From NCBI GenBank assembly GCA_963783305.1, contig CAWAMW010000006.1, positions 96,001-160,000 on the forward strand: DNA of 64,000 bases, in the 5' to 3' direction. Shown one piece after another: positions 1 to 8,907 of this stretch; positions within the stretch are counted from its first letter, which is position 1; each line of letters begins with the position of its first letter. The DNA comes from an uncultured Gemmatimonadales bacterium (GTDB taxonomy: Bacteria; Gemmatimonadota; Gemmatimonadetes; Longimicrobiales; RSA9). Below the pieces are notes generated by a model that did not search any database, was not told the DNA's origin, and saw nothing but the letters and a program-made list of their open reading frames with translations. The translations under genes and the position numbers were made by a program.

Positions 1-183
1 GCTCCCTGTCGCCGCGCCCCCGGCCACATACGCGAATGCCTCCCGCGACATCCGCTCCCGCGCCCGCTCCTCCAGCGCCGCCGGCTCCAGTGGCACCGCG
101 GGGCGCCGGCCCGACAGCCCGGTGACGAAGATCTCCCGCTGCCGCGTGCGGCCGGGCTCCATTCGTTCCGATTCGTCGGTCAT
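1..183 (-). CDS. FMN-dependent alpha-hydroxy-acid oxidase / lactate 2-monooxygenase family, N-terminus only (runs off the window)
   Basis: Not in ORF track. Manual translation from ATG 183 gives MTDESERMEPGRTRQREIFVTGLSGRRPAVPLEPAALEERARERMSREAFAYVAGGAATGS; 'LEERAR..MS..AFAYVAGGA' is the typical N-terminus of this family; GGAGG RBS upstream. Confidence 0.75.
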   Translation of the reverse strand, partial: MTDESERMEPGRTRQREIFVTGLSGRRPAVPLEPAALEERARERMSREAFAYVAGGAATGS

Positions 184-208
184 GCCAGCCTCCGAGCCGG
201 TGGGGGTA

Positions 209-237
209 TTGACGCAGAAGTCCCAAATCCGCATTAT
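209..237 (+). promoter_or_regulatory. putative sigma70-type promoter for the riboswitch/peptidase leader
   Basis: TTGACG (209-214), 17 nt spacer, CATTAT (232-237). Confidence 0.45.
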
Positions 238-280
238 CCTGCAGCGCGCCGGCCCCCCTTTGGACGGCGCGAACTCCCCA

Positions 281-361
281 TCCTTCCTGATTGGCACACC
301 GGCGCGCAAGGCCGGCTCGCAAAGCTAGGGGTCTCTCCGAGACAGCCCGGCTGCAGAAGGA
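281..361 (+). ncRNA. c-di-GMP-I (GEMM) riboswitch aptamer
   Basis: P1 UCCUUC(281-286)/GAAGGA(356-361); UGGCACACC-GGC..GCAA tetraloop..GCCGG; conserved CGCAAAGC (318-325); P3 GGG-GUCUC/GAGAC-AG bulge-CCC; 3' GGCUGC. Located in the 5' UTR of a secreted protease. Confidence 0.8.
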
Positions 362-405
362 CGTACCGGAGCACAGCTCCGGATCTCCCCACTTGGAGAC
401 CTGCC

Positions 406-1848
406 ATGCGTCACACGAAGACCCTCTGTACCCTCGTTCTGGGTGCGGTGGTCGTCTCCGGCTGCGCCGATGATGCCACCTCCCCCACCTCCCTCGCCCC
501 CACCGAGTCCCTCGCCTCCCTCTCCGCCGGCACCACCTCGAGCGACAACCAGCTCGTGGTGTTCAAGAAGTCCCGGATTCCGAACGGCTTTGCCGCGCAG
601 GTCGCCGCGCTCGGCGGCAACGTGGAGCTCACGATCAGCACGGCGGGCGCCGCCGTGATCAGCGGTGTGGACGCAGCAGGCCTCGACGCCATCCGCGCGA
701 GCAGCGACGTGGACATGGTGGAGCCGGAGATCATGCTCGAGCTGCCAGAGCCCTTCGAAGTGGGGGTAGCGACCGCCGCCGACGCCGCGCCCGCGAGCCC
801 CGGCGACCCCAGCGCCGCGTACTTCTTCCCGCGCCAGTGGAACATGCGCGCCATCGGCGCCGACGTGGCGTGGGCGGCCGGGAACACCGGCTCGTCTGAT
901 GTGACCGTCGCCATCCTCGACACGGGGATCGGCTACACCCATGAGGACCTGGTCGGGCGGGTCGATCTGAGCCGCTCGGTCTCGTTCGTCCCAGACGATG
1001 ATTTCTACGTCGCGTATTACTTCCCTGGTGCCCACCCCATCGCCGACATTGGCTACCACGGCACTCACGTCGCCGCGACGGTCGCGAGCAACGGGATCGT
1101 CGCGGCCGGCGTCACCTCGCAGACCACGCTCATGGGCGTCAAGGTCTGCAGCGTGGTGACGGGTGGCTGCTCGGGTAGCGCCATCTTTGCCGGCATCGAG
1201 TACGCCGTGGACAACGGGGCGGATGTGATCAACATGAGCCTCGGGGGCGCCTTCCAGAAGAAGGACTATCCCGGGTACGTCTCGGTCCTCAACCGCCTCT
1301 TCAACTACGCACACCAGAACAAGGTTACCGTGGTCGTTTCGGCAGGGAACGAGTCCGCCGACCTCGACCACAACTACTATCCGGACGACGACGACGTGCA
1401 GACGCACTACCCGAGCCTGTACAAGACGTACTGCTCGACGCCCAACAACATCTGCGTCTCGGCCACCGGCCCCACGGCCGCCGCGTCCAACATCGGACCG
1501 TGGACGAACGTGGACGCACCCGCAGTGTACACCAACTACGGCCGCTCCGCCGTGAATGTGGCGGCGCCCGGTGGAAACACCGGCGCGGGCGTGATGGCCG
1601 CCTGCTCGACGTTCAGCCTCGTCATCCCGGTCTGTCAGGCGAACGGCTACGCCGTCACCCTCTCCGGCACCAGCATGGCGGCGCCGCACGTCACCGGCCT
1701 GGCAGCGCTCATGGTGGCGCAGTACGGCAAGAACCCGGCGAAGGTCCGGGCCGCGATCCAGCAGTCGGCGGATGACCTCGGACAGCCCGGGACCGATCCG
1801 TTCTACGGCAAGGGCCGCATCAACGTGGCGCGGGCGACGGGCAACTGA
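406..1848 (+). CDS. S8 subtilisin-like serine peptidase, lipoprotein
   Basis: Lipobox VVSGC; catalytic motifs ILDTGI, HGTHVA, SAGN, GTSMAAPHV. Confidence 0.93.
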   Translation: MRHTKTLCTLVLGAVVVSGCADDATSPTSLAPTESLASLSAGTTSSDNQLVVFKKSRIPNGFAAQVAALGGNVELTISTAGAAVISGVDAAGLDAIRASSDVDMVEPEIMLELPEPFEVGVATAADAAPASPGDPSAAYFFPRQWNMRAIGADVAWAAGNTGSSDVTVAILDTGIGYTHEDLVGRVDLSRSVSFVPDDDFYVAYYFPGAHPIADIGYHGTHVAATVASNGIVAAGVTSQTTLMGVKVCSVVTGGCSGSAIFAGIEYAVDNGADVINMSLGGAFQKKDYPGYVSVLNRLFNYAHQNKVTVVVSAGNESADLDHNYYPDDDDVQTHYPSLYKTYCSTPNNICVSATGPTAAASNIGPWTNVDAPAVYTNYGRSAVNVAAPGGNTGAGVMAACSTFSLVIPVCQANGYAVTLSGTSMAAPHVTGLAALMVAQYGKNPAKVRAAIQQSADDLGQPGTDPFYGKGRINVARATGN

Positions 1849-1870
1849 CGCTCTACCGCGCTCGCAGTGG

Positions 1871-1904
1871 AACAGGGGTGGCTTTCGGGCCACCCCTGTT
1901 TTTT
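1871..1904 (+). terminator. intrinsic terminator after peptidase
   Basis: AACAGGGGTGGC / GCCACCCCTGTT 12-bp stem followed by a T run. Confidence 0.85.
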
Positions 1905-1986
1905 GTGGCCTTGTCCCGCGCGCGGGGCCGGGCCACTATGCTCTGACGCCGCACTCCGCATCCATCCCTCGCAAACGCCGTCCGCA

Positions 1987-2505
1987 ATGACCAACCGTAT
2001 CGAGGCCTTCTTCAGGCGACGCATGCAGCTGCCCTCCAACGGCGACGAGTCGGCCGGGGGCGGAGGGTCTGCTGGGGCGGCTATACCGGATCCGGAGGTC
2101 GTGGCCGCGGCCGAGGCCCGGCACCGGCTCCACCTCGCCGCCTGCGCGCTCCTCCTCGAGCTCGCCCACGCCGATGACCAGTTCACCCCCGAGGAGGCCA
2201 CGCACATCGAGGTGGTGCTGCGCCGTCATTTTGACCTGAGCGAGGAGGAAGCGCAGCAGCTGATGGAGCTCGCCGAGCAGGAGCGATCTGGTGCGGTGGA
2301 CCTCTGGCAGTTCACCAGCCTCATCCGCGCCAGCTACGACATCGGCCAGAAGACGCTCCTCGCCGAGGTCATGTGGGGGCTCGTCCTGGCCGACGGAGAG
2401 ATCGCGCGCCACGAGGCATACCTCCTCCGCAAGATCGCCAACCTCCTGGATCTGGAGCCCGGATACCTCTCTGCCGCCCGGAAGCGCGCCGCCAGCGACG
2501 ACTGA
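1987..2505 (+). CDS. TerB-family (tellurite resistance-like) protein
   Basis: ALLLELAHADDQF...LVLADGEI..HE..LLRKIANLL pattern; start chosen at ATG 1987. Confidence 0.8.
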   Translation: MTNRIEAFFRRRMQLPSNGDESAGGGGSAGAAIPDPEVVAAAEARHRLHLAACALLLELAHADDQFTPEEATHIEVVLRRHFDLSEEEAQQLMELAEQERSGAVDLWQFTSLIRASYDIGQKTLLAEVMWGLVLADGEIARHEAYLLRKIANLLDLEPGYLSAARKRAASDD

Positions 2506-2590
2506 AAACCCGCGGCGGCCCGCGCTGAAACTGGTGACGCGCCGCGCCCGTATCGGTCTCCGGCACTCACGCCCACCGGAGGCCCCCCGC

Positions 2591-5020
2591 ATGCCCGAAC
2601 TCCTCAGTGACGTTCGCTACGCCATCCGCTCCCTCTCGAAGCGCCGCGGCTTCACCCTGGTTGCCGTGCTCTCCATCGCCCTCGCCATCGGCTTCAACAC
2701 CGCCATCTTCAGCGCGGTGAACGCGCTGCTGCTGCGGCCGGTGCCTGGTGTCGTCGGGGCCGATCGGGTGGTGGAGCTCGGCCGTACCAATCGAGGCAGC
2801 GGGTTCGACTCGTTCTCCTATCTCGATTTTCGGGACCTGAGGGAGAACGTGGAAGAGCTCTCGGAGCTCTCCGCGTGGCGGATGTTGCCGGTGAGTCACG
2901 GCGCTGAAGAGGGTGGAGAGCGGGTGGTGGCCATGGTGGTGTCGCCCGGGTACTTCCCGGCGCTGGGGGTGACTCCGGCGGCCGGCCGCTTCTTCGCCGC
3001 CGATGACGACGTGCCGGGCGTGAGCCCCGCCACCGTCGTGATCAGCCACGCTTTCTGGCAGACGCGGCTGGGCGGCGCCCCCAATGTGGTGGGCTCCACC
3101 GTGGACGTGAACCGGACGCCGTTCACGATCATCGGCGTGGCGCCGCCGTCGTTCCGCGGCCATTTCCCCCTGGTCGGCGTGGAGCTGTGGCTGCCCGTGG
3201 CGCGGATCGACCTGGCGGAGCCGTCCTTCAACACCACCAACTTCGATCGGCGCGGCGCGATCTGGCATCAGGTGATCGGACGCCTCGCCCCGGGGGTTAC
3301 CATGGAGCGCGCCGAGCTGGCGGTGCGGTCGGAGATGGCCCGGCTCGCGGAGGCCTACCCGGAGACCAACGACACCCGTGGGGCCACCCTGGTGGAGCTC
3401 GGCCCCGTGCCGGGTGGGGGTCGCGGCATGATACGCGGGTTCCTGGGCGCGTTGCTCGCCCTGGTGGGCCTGGTGCTGCTGGTGGCGGCGGCAAACGTAG
3501 GGGGCATGCTCCTGGCCCGCGGCGCCGCCCGCGAGCGGGAGGTGGCCATCCGGATCGCCCTCGGATCGGGGCGCGCCCGGCTGGTCCGGCAGCTCACGGC
3601 GGAATCGGTCCTGCTGTTCCTCGCAGGCGCGGTGGTGGGGCTGGCGCTCGCGTGGTGGGCTTCGAGCCTCGTCTCCGTGATCGCCGCACCGGGGCTCGAG
3701 ATCACCCTGGACCTTGCGCCCGACCGCACCGTCTTCGTCTTCACATTCGGGATCGCGCTGGCCACGGGGCTCCTGTTCGGGCTCGTGCCCGCGCTCCAGA
3801 CGTCGCGGCCCGAGCTTGTCTCCTCGCTCAAGGACGAGGGCCGGACAGGGCGGCGCGGGACCCGCACGCGTCGCCTGTTCGTGGCCTTCCAGGTGGGCGT
3901 CTCGATCATTCTGGTGACCGCGGGGGGGCTCCTGGTGCGCTCCCTCCAGGAGGCCAGGCAGGTGAGTCCCGGGTTCGACGCCGAGGGAGTTCACCTCGTG
4001 ACGCTGGACCTCTCACTCGATGGCTATACCGACGAGACGGGCCCTGACTTCCAGATGGAGATGCGAAACGCCCTCGCGGCGCGGCCGGGCGTCAGCCACG
4101 CCGCCCTCGCCGTCGACCTGCCCATGGACCTGTCCGAGTGGGGCAACGCCGTGTGGCCCGACGGTTGGGAGGACCCCGAGGGGCGCGGCATGTCCGTGGA
4201 CGCCAACTTCGTCTCGGCCGACTACTTCGAGACGCTCCGGATCCCGGTGGTCCGCGGCCGCGGGTTCACCGACGGCGACCGCACCGGGAGCGCCCCGGTG
4301 GTGGTGGTGAGCGAGACGCTCGCGCGCGAGGCGTGGCCCGAGGGCGATGCCATCGGGCAGCAGATCCGCTGGAACGAGCGGGAGAGCGAGCCGCGCACCG
4401 TCGTAGGGGTGGTAGCCGATACGAAGAATCAGACGCTCGGCGAGCCGCTGGACGGCATGATCTACCTGCCCCTTATGCAGGAGTACCAGGGCGCCGTGAG
4501 CGTCCTGGCCCGCGGGCCAGGCGTCACTCCCGCCACCCTGCGGTCCGCGCTCCTCGAAGCCGATCCACGGCTCGCCATCAGCGCACCCCAGACGCTCGCG
4601 GAGATCACGGCCGTGGGGCTGCTCCCGGCCCGTGTGGCCGCCTACGTTGCCGGTCTCCTGGGAGCGCTCGGGCTCTTCCTGTCCGCGCTCGGCATCTACG
4701 GCGTTGTGGCCCATGGCGTGGTTCAGCGGCGGCGGGAGATCGGGATTCGCATGGCCATCGGCGCGGAGGCCGGTCGTGTGCTGCGGGGCGTCATCAACGA
4801 TGGGATCCGGCTTGCGCTCCCGGGTCTGCTGCTGGGCGCGGTTGCCGCGCTCGTGGTCGCCCGGTTGATTCGGGGAATGCTCTTCGGCGTGTCCCCGACC
4901 GACCCTCTGACGCTCGTTGCCGTGGCGCTCCTGCTCCTGGCCACGGTGGCCGTGGCCAGCTGGGTGCCGGCGCGGCGCGCGGCATCCGTGGACCCGGTGG
5001 AGGCGCTCCGGGCGGAGTAG
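2591..5020 (+). CDS. ABC transporter permease, duplicated MacB/FtsX type (ADOP-like)
   Basis: DVRYAIRSL N-terminus; two MacB periplasmic plus FtsX halves (REREVAIRIALGS, RRREIGIRMAIGA); C-terminal PARRAASVDPVEALRAE. Confidence 0.9.
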   Translation: MPELLSDVRYAIRSLSKRRGFTLVAVLSIALAIGFNTAIFSAVNALLLRPVPGVVGADRVVELGRTNRGSGFDSFSYLDFRDLRENVEELSELSAWRMLPVSHGAEEGGERVVAMVVSPGYFPALGVTPAAGRFFAADDDVPGVSPATVVISHAFWQTRLGGAPNVVGSTVDVNRTPFTIIGVAPPSFRGHFPLVGVELWLPVARIDLAEPSFNTTNFDRRGAIWHQVIGRLAPGVTMERAELAVRSEMARLAEAYPETNDTRGATLVELGPVPGGGRGMIRGFLGALLALVGLVLLVAAANVGGMLLARGAAREREVAIRIALGSGRARLVRQLTAESVLLFLAGAVVGLALAWWASSLVSVIAAPGLEITLDLAPDRTVFVFTFGIALATGLLFGLVPALQTSRPELVSSLKDEGRTGRRGTRTRRLFVAFQVGVSIILVTAGGLLVRSLQEARQVSPGFDAEGVHLVTLDLSLDGYTDETGPDFQMEMRNALAARPGVSHAALAVDLPMDLSEWGNAVWPDGWEDPEGRGMSVDANFVSADYFETLRIPVVRGRGFTDGDRTGSAPVVVVSETLAREAWPEGDAIGQQIRWNERESEPRTVVGVVADTKNQTLGEPLDGMIYLPLMQEYQGAVSVLARGPGVTPATLRSALLEADPRLAISAPQTLAEITAVGLLPARVAAYVAGLLGALGLFLSALGIYGVVAHGVVQRRREIGIRMAIGAEAGRVLRGVINDGIRLALPGLLLGAVAALVVARLIRGMLFGVSPTDPLTLVAVALLLLATVAVASWVPARRAASVDPVEALRAE

Positions 5021-5042
5021 GGCCGCTGGTGCGCCTCGAGCC

Positions 5043-6236
5043 TCAGTCGCTACGGTTCTCGAACGTCCCGCGCACCACCACCTCGCCCTCCTCGACCATG
5101 GGACGCCCGCGGGCGACGACCCAGGAGACCTCGAGGTCGGCGCCCAGCAGGAGGAAGTCGGCGTCCGACCCGATGGCGATCCGCCCCTTGCGGGGGAGGC
5201 GGAGGAGACGGGCGGGCGTGAGGGTGACGGGTCGGAGCGCGTCGGCGAGGTCGAAGCCGTGGTCGCGGACGGCATCGCGGACTTCACCCCACAGCGTGTC
5301 CGGGCGGCCCGTGGTCAGCCGCTCCAGCTCGCCCTCCGCGTCGAACGAGGGAAGGGAGCCGCCGGCGTCGGAGCTGAACGTGATGTGGTCGAGGGGAACG
5401 CCGTCGTCGACGAGTTCGCGGAGTGCGAGCGATGGCTTGACCTCCTCGTCGGAAAATGCGGGCCAGGCGGAGGTGGTGATGTCCAGCGTCGCGCTGCGGC
5501 CGTAGACCCTGGCGTGCTCCAGCACCGCGCGGCTCCGATTGGCGTGCGTCGGGTGGAACTGGCGCCAGGTCAGCTCGCTGCTGCCCACCGCTTCGCGGAT
5601 CAGCCGGAACGGGTCGTCGGCATCGCCAATGTGGAGGTGGACCAGGCCGCACTTCCCGCCCAGGAGCCCGCCCAGCCGCACGGCCTTGGCCAGCCGGACC
5701 AGCTCCTGGACCGTCGGGCTCGACGAGCGGTGATCGGCGATGGCGATCTCGCCAGCGCCGATCACCTCCTCGACCAGCGCGAGATCGCGGGTGAGGTCGC
5801 CGGTGAGGGTGGGCGTCGGGATCGGGTACGCGCCCGTCCAGATCCAGGCGGAGATGCCCTCGGCCCGCAGCGCCTTCGCCTTCATCAGCACGGAGTCCAC
5901 GGTCCGCGTCGCGCCATCGGCCCCAAGCAGCCCCACGACCGTGGTGGTGCCTCCTTCCACCAGCGACGACAGCGACAGCTCTGGCGTTCGCGTCGCCGGG
6001 CCGCCCTCGCCGCCCGCGCCCGCGATGTGCACGTGCCCGTCGATCAGCCCCGGGACCAGGGGCGCTCCGCCGGCATCCACGACCCGGGCCCCGAGCGACT
6101 CCGGCACCGTCAGATCGGGCTCGATGGCGACCACGCTGCCACCCGCGCAGAAGACGTCGCGGCGGCCCATGGCCTCGGGCGCGAACACGTCCGCGTTCCG
6201 GATCAGCAGCGGCGCGGGGGCGGTGTGGGACATCAT
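5043..6236 (-). CDS. iadA: isoaspartyl dipeptidase (beta-aspartyl peptidase)
   Basis: PGLIDGHVHIAGAGGEGG, TTVVGLLGADG, GEIAIADHRSS, HPTH, FSSDAGGSLP motifs. Confidence 0.92.
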   Translation of the reverse strand: MMSHTAPAPLLIRNADVFAPEAMGRRDVFCAGGSVVAIEPDLTVPESLGARVVDAGGAPLVPGLIDGHVHIAGAGGEGGPATRTPELSLSSLVEGGTTTVVGLLGADGATRTVDSVLMKAKALRAEGISAWIWTGAYPIPTPTLTGDLTRDLALVEEVIGAGEIAIADHRSSSPTVQELVRLAKAVRLGGLLGGKCGLVHLHIGDADDPFRLIREAVGSSELTWRQFHPTHANRSRAVLEHARVYGRSATLDITTSAWPAFSDEEVKPSLALRELVDDGVPLDHITFSSDAGGSLPSFDAEGELERLTTGRPDTLWGEVRDAVRDHGFDLADALRPVTLTPARLLRLPRKGRIAIGSDADFLLLGADLEVSWVVARGRPMVEEGEVVVRGTFENRSD

Positions 6237-6285
6237 CGGTGATTCCTTTCCTGGCTCGGCGCGAGCCGGCGGTGGGGGTACGTCT

Positions 6286-7812
6286 TCACCGGTATCCGAT
6301 GGCCACCGCCAGGACCACGAAGGCCGAGGCCGCGATCAGCAGTGCCAGCAGGAACTTCCAGATGAACCGCGCCCAGATGGCCCAGTCGACGCGAGCGACG
6401 CCGAGGGTGCCAATCAGCGCGCCCGACGTGGGGACGATCAGATTGGTGAAGCCGTCGCCCAGCTGGAAGGCGAGGACCGCCACCTGACGGGTGACGCCGG
6501 CGAGGTCGGCGAGTGGGGCCATGAGGGGCATGGTGAGCGCGGCCTGCCCGGAGCCGGATACCACGAAGAAGTTGAACACGGACTGGAAGACGAGCATGAG
6601 CCAGGCGGACAGCGCGCTGGGCAGGTCCCGGATGAGCAGACCGGCCTCGTGCAGCAGCGTGTTCAGGACCGTGGGCTCGGTGGGAGAGTCGCCTCCCAGG
6701 ACCAGCACGATCCCCTTCGCCATGCCGACGATCAGCGCGGCATCGAGGATGTCTCGAGCGCCGGCCTTGAACCCCGTCCCGATGTCGTTGATGCCCATCC
6801 CGTTCAGATGGAACGCGGCCCCGATCACGCCCGCGACCACGCCCATGACGAAGAACTGGCTGGCGATCTCGGGGATGTAGTACTGGTGCTCGATCACGCC
6901 CCATATGACCCAGACGATCGTCGCCAGGACAGTCAGCAGGACGAGTTTGTGTCCGAAGGTGAACGCGAGGTCCGGGCGGCTCGGGTCCGGGGCCTCGTCG
7001 GCGAATGGGTCGGGGAGCCCGTGGAGCGGTGAGCGCGACGGCTCGCGCCGGACCCTCTGGGCGTACCACCACGTCCAGCCGGTGCCGAAGAGCGTGAAAA
7101 ACGTCCACATGACGATCCGGAAGGGAGCGCCGGAGAGCACCGGTATCTCCGCCACCCCCTGGGCGATGGCGATGCTGAACGGGTTCATCCACGACGTCGC
7201 GAAGCCGATCTGGGTGGCGACGTAGGTGATGAGGACCCCGACGATGGCGTCGTAGCCGAGGGCGATGACCAGCGGCACCAGGATCATCGCGAATGCGATC
7301 GCCTCCTCGCCCATTCCGAAGACCGCGCCCCCGAGCGAGAACAGCACGAACATCACCGGGATGAGGAGCGCCTCCGCCCCCGCCGTGCGCTGGATCACCG
7401 CCATGATCCCGGCTTCGATGGCGCCCGTCCGGAGCACGATCCCGAAAGCGCCGCCGATGATCAGGATGAACGCTACCACGCCGATGGCCGCGCCCCACTT
7501 GCTCCCCGAGACCAGCCCCTCGAACGCGTAGTTGAACAGCCCCACCTCGCCACCGGGCGCGAAGAGAGGGACACCCCGGTGGACCGGCTCGCCCACTTCG
7601 TCGCGGAGCAGCTCGAAGCTGCCGGGCACCAGCACCTCCCGCTCCTGAACCGCGCCCGCCGCGTCGGTGAAGCGGATCAGGGTCGTGTCGAACGAGCCGG
7701 CGGGGATCAGGTACGTGCATGCCGCCGCGAAGAGGATGACGAAGAAGATGATGACGTACGTGTCGGGCGCCCGGAAGCGAGGTGCCCCCGGGCTGCGCGC
7801 GGCCGCGGGCAT
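6286..7812 (-). CDS. yfcC: YfcC-family transporter (putative basic amino acid/dipeptide antiporter)
   Basis: PDTYVIIF, GMGEEAIAF, SWMNPF, SGSGQAALTMP, AFQLGDGFTN motifs; multiple TM helices. Confidence 0.88.
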   Translation of the reverse strand: MPAAARSPGAPRFRAPDTYVIIFFVILFAAACTYLIPAGSFDTTLIRFTDAAGAVQEREVLVPGSFELLRDEVGEPVHRGVPLFAPGGEVGLFNYAFEGLVSGSKWGAAIGVVAFILIIGGAFGIVLRTGAIEAGIMAVIQRTAGAEALLIPVMFVLFSLGGAVFGMGEEAIAFAMILVPLVIALGYDAIVGVLITYVATQIGFATSWMNPFSIAIAQGVAEIPVLSGAPFRIVMWTFFTLFGTGWTWWYAQRVRREPSRSPLHGLPDPFADEAPDPSRPDLAFTFGHKLVLLTVLATIVWVIWGVIEHQYYIPEIASQFFVMGVVAGVIGAAFHLNGMGINDIGTGFKAGARDILDAALIVGMAKGIVLVLGGDSPTEPTVLNTLLHEAGLLIRDLPSALSAWLMLVFQSVFNFFVVSGSGQAALTMPLMAPLADLAGVTRQVAVLAFQLGDGFTNLIVPTSGALIGTLGVARVDWAIWARFIWKFLLALLIAASAFVVLAVAIGYR

Positions 7813-7818
7813 ATCCCT

Positions 7819-8703
7819 CTAGTCCTCGATCACGCGGCGGCGGGCGAGGTCGTACCGCTGGCCGCTGCCGAGGATGTGCAGCGTGAGACCGTGTCCCACC
7901 AGGTCCCCACCCGCGGTTGTAGCTACGCCGGCCGCGTTGGAGGCGTCGATCACCATCACAGTGTTCTCGCCGAAAACCTCGAAGCTGTCAGGGTCCCGCA
8001 CGATGATCGCGGTCGACTCGTCGATCCCCACGCCCACCAGCTGCGGGTTCTCCAGCACCAGCGAGATCAGCCGGTTCTGCCGTTGCCGGGCGATGAAGTG
8101 CTGGTCGATGATCACCCGAGCGACGAAGCCGAAGCCCGGGGCCGTCATGACATTGCCCCGCTCGATCGTGGTGAAGGAATACTCGGCGTCCGGGTGCAGC
8201 GCCTCGTCACCGGTGATCATGATCTCGCTCATGATGGCGGCGCCAGCGCTCGTGCCCGCCAGGACACCCCCTCCGCGGTGGATCTCGCGGACCCGGTCCA
8301 GGAGCCGCGTGTCCAGCATGTGGGCGGTGAGCCGGTTCTGGTCCCCGCCGGAGAAGAAGATCCCGGTGACGTCATCGAGCGCCGCGACGATGCTGTCATG
8401 GTTCGCGGTGATGCTGTCGAACCGGACGAAGGAGACGTCGGGGCAGCCGGCCTCCTCGAGCTGCCAGCTCTGGTAGAGCGCCACGTCCAGCGGGTCGGAG
8501 CTGGCCATGGGGATCACCACCATCCGACACGCGTCCCCGCCCGCCAGCTCGACGATCTTCTCCATCATGTAGTGCGGCCGGCTCCCGCCCCCGATGATGA
8601 CCAGCGGCCCCGGGTCGCGCCGGGGCGAGAAGGCGGCGAACAGGATCAGAGTCCCGAGCAGCAGTCCCGCCGTGCCCGTTCCCGCGACCACGCGTCGATT
8701 CAT
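7819..8703 (-). CDS. cyanophycinase (peptidase S51), probably exported
   Basis: IIGGG, FSGGDQNRL, GTSAGA (Ser), DQHF..RQRQNRL (His), GIDEST (Glu); hydrophobic N-terminal signal; GGAGG RBS before ATG 8703. Confidence 0.88.
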   Translation of the reverse strand: MNRRVVAGTGTAGLLLGTLILFAAFSPRRDPGPLVIIGGGSRPHYMMEKIVELAGGDACRMVVIPMASSDPLDVALYQSWQLEEAGCPDVSFVRFDSITANHDSIVAALDDVTGIFFSGGDQNRLTAHMLDTRLLDRVREIHRGGGVLAGTSAGAAIMSEIMITGDEALHPDAEYSFTTIERGNVMTAPGFGFVARVIIDQHFIARQRQNRLISLVLENPQLVGVGIDESTAIIVRDPDSFEVFGENTVMVIDASNAAGVATTAGGDLVGHGLTLHILGSGQRYDLARRRVIED

Positions 8704-8907
8704 GGCGTTCCTCCAACAATGTGTTGACCGCAGGGTGTGCGGCTGTTGCGGGGCAACATGCTTTCGGCGGAGGGCACGGTCAACCTGGGTCAACAACCTC
8801 CGACGGGGATCGAGATTCGGATGCGGATTCGGTGGCGGTGTTCCGCTCCGGAGCAGGGCTGCCGCAGATGGGGTTGGGGCGCACACAAGTTGCATATACC
8901 ACATCCG

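Noticed and set aside
1987..2505. ter tellurite-resistance/defence cluster
   Set aside because: Only a lone TerB-like gene; no terC, terD or terZ neighbours.
8704..8907. Amino-acid riboswitch upstream of the cyanophycinase operon
   Set aside because: Only promoter-like elements (TTGACC-17-CATGTT, minus strand) are visible; no recognisable aptamer.
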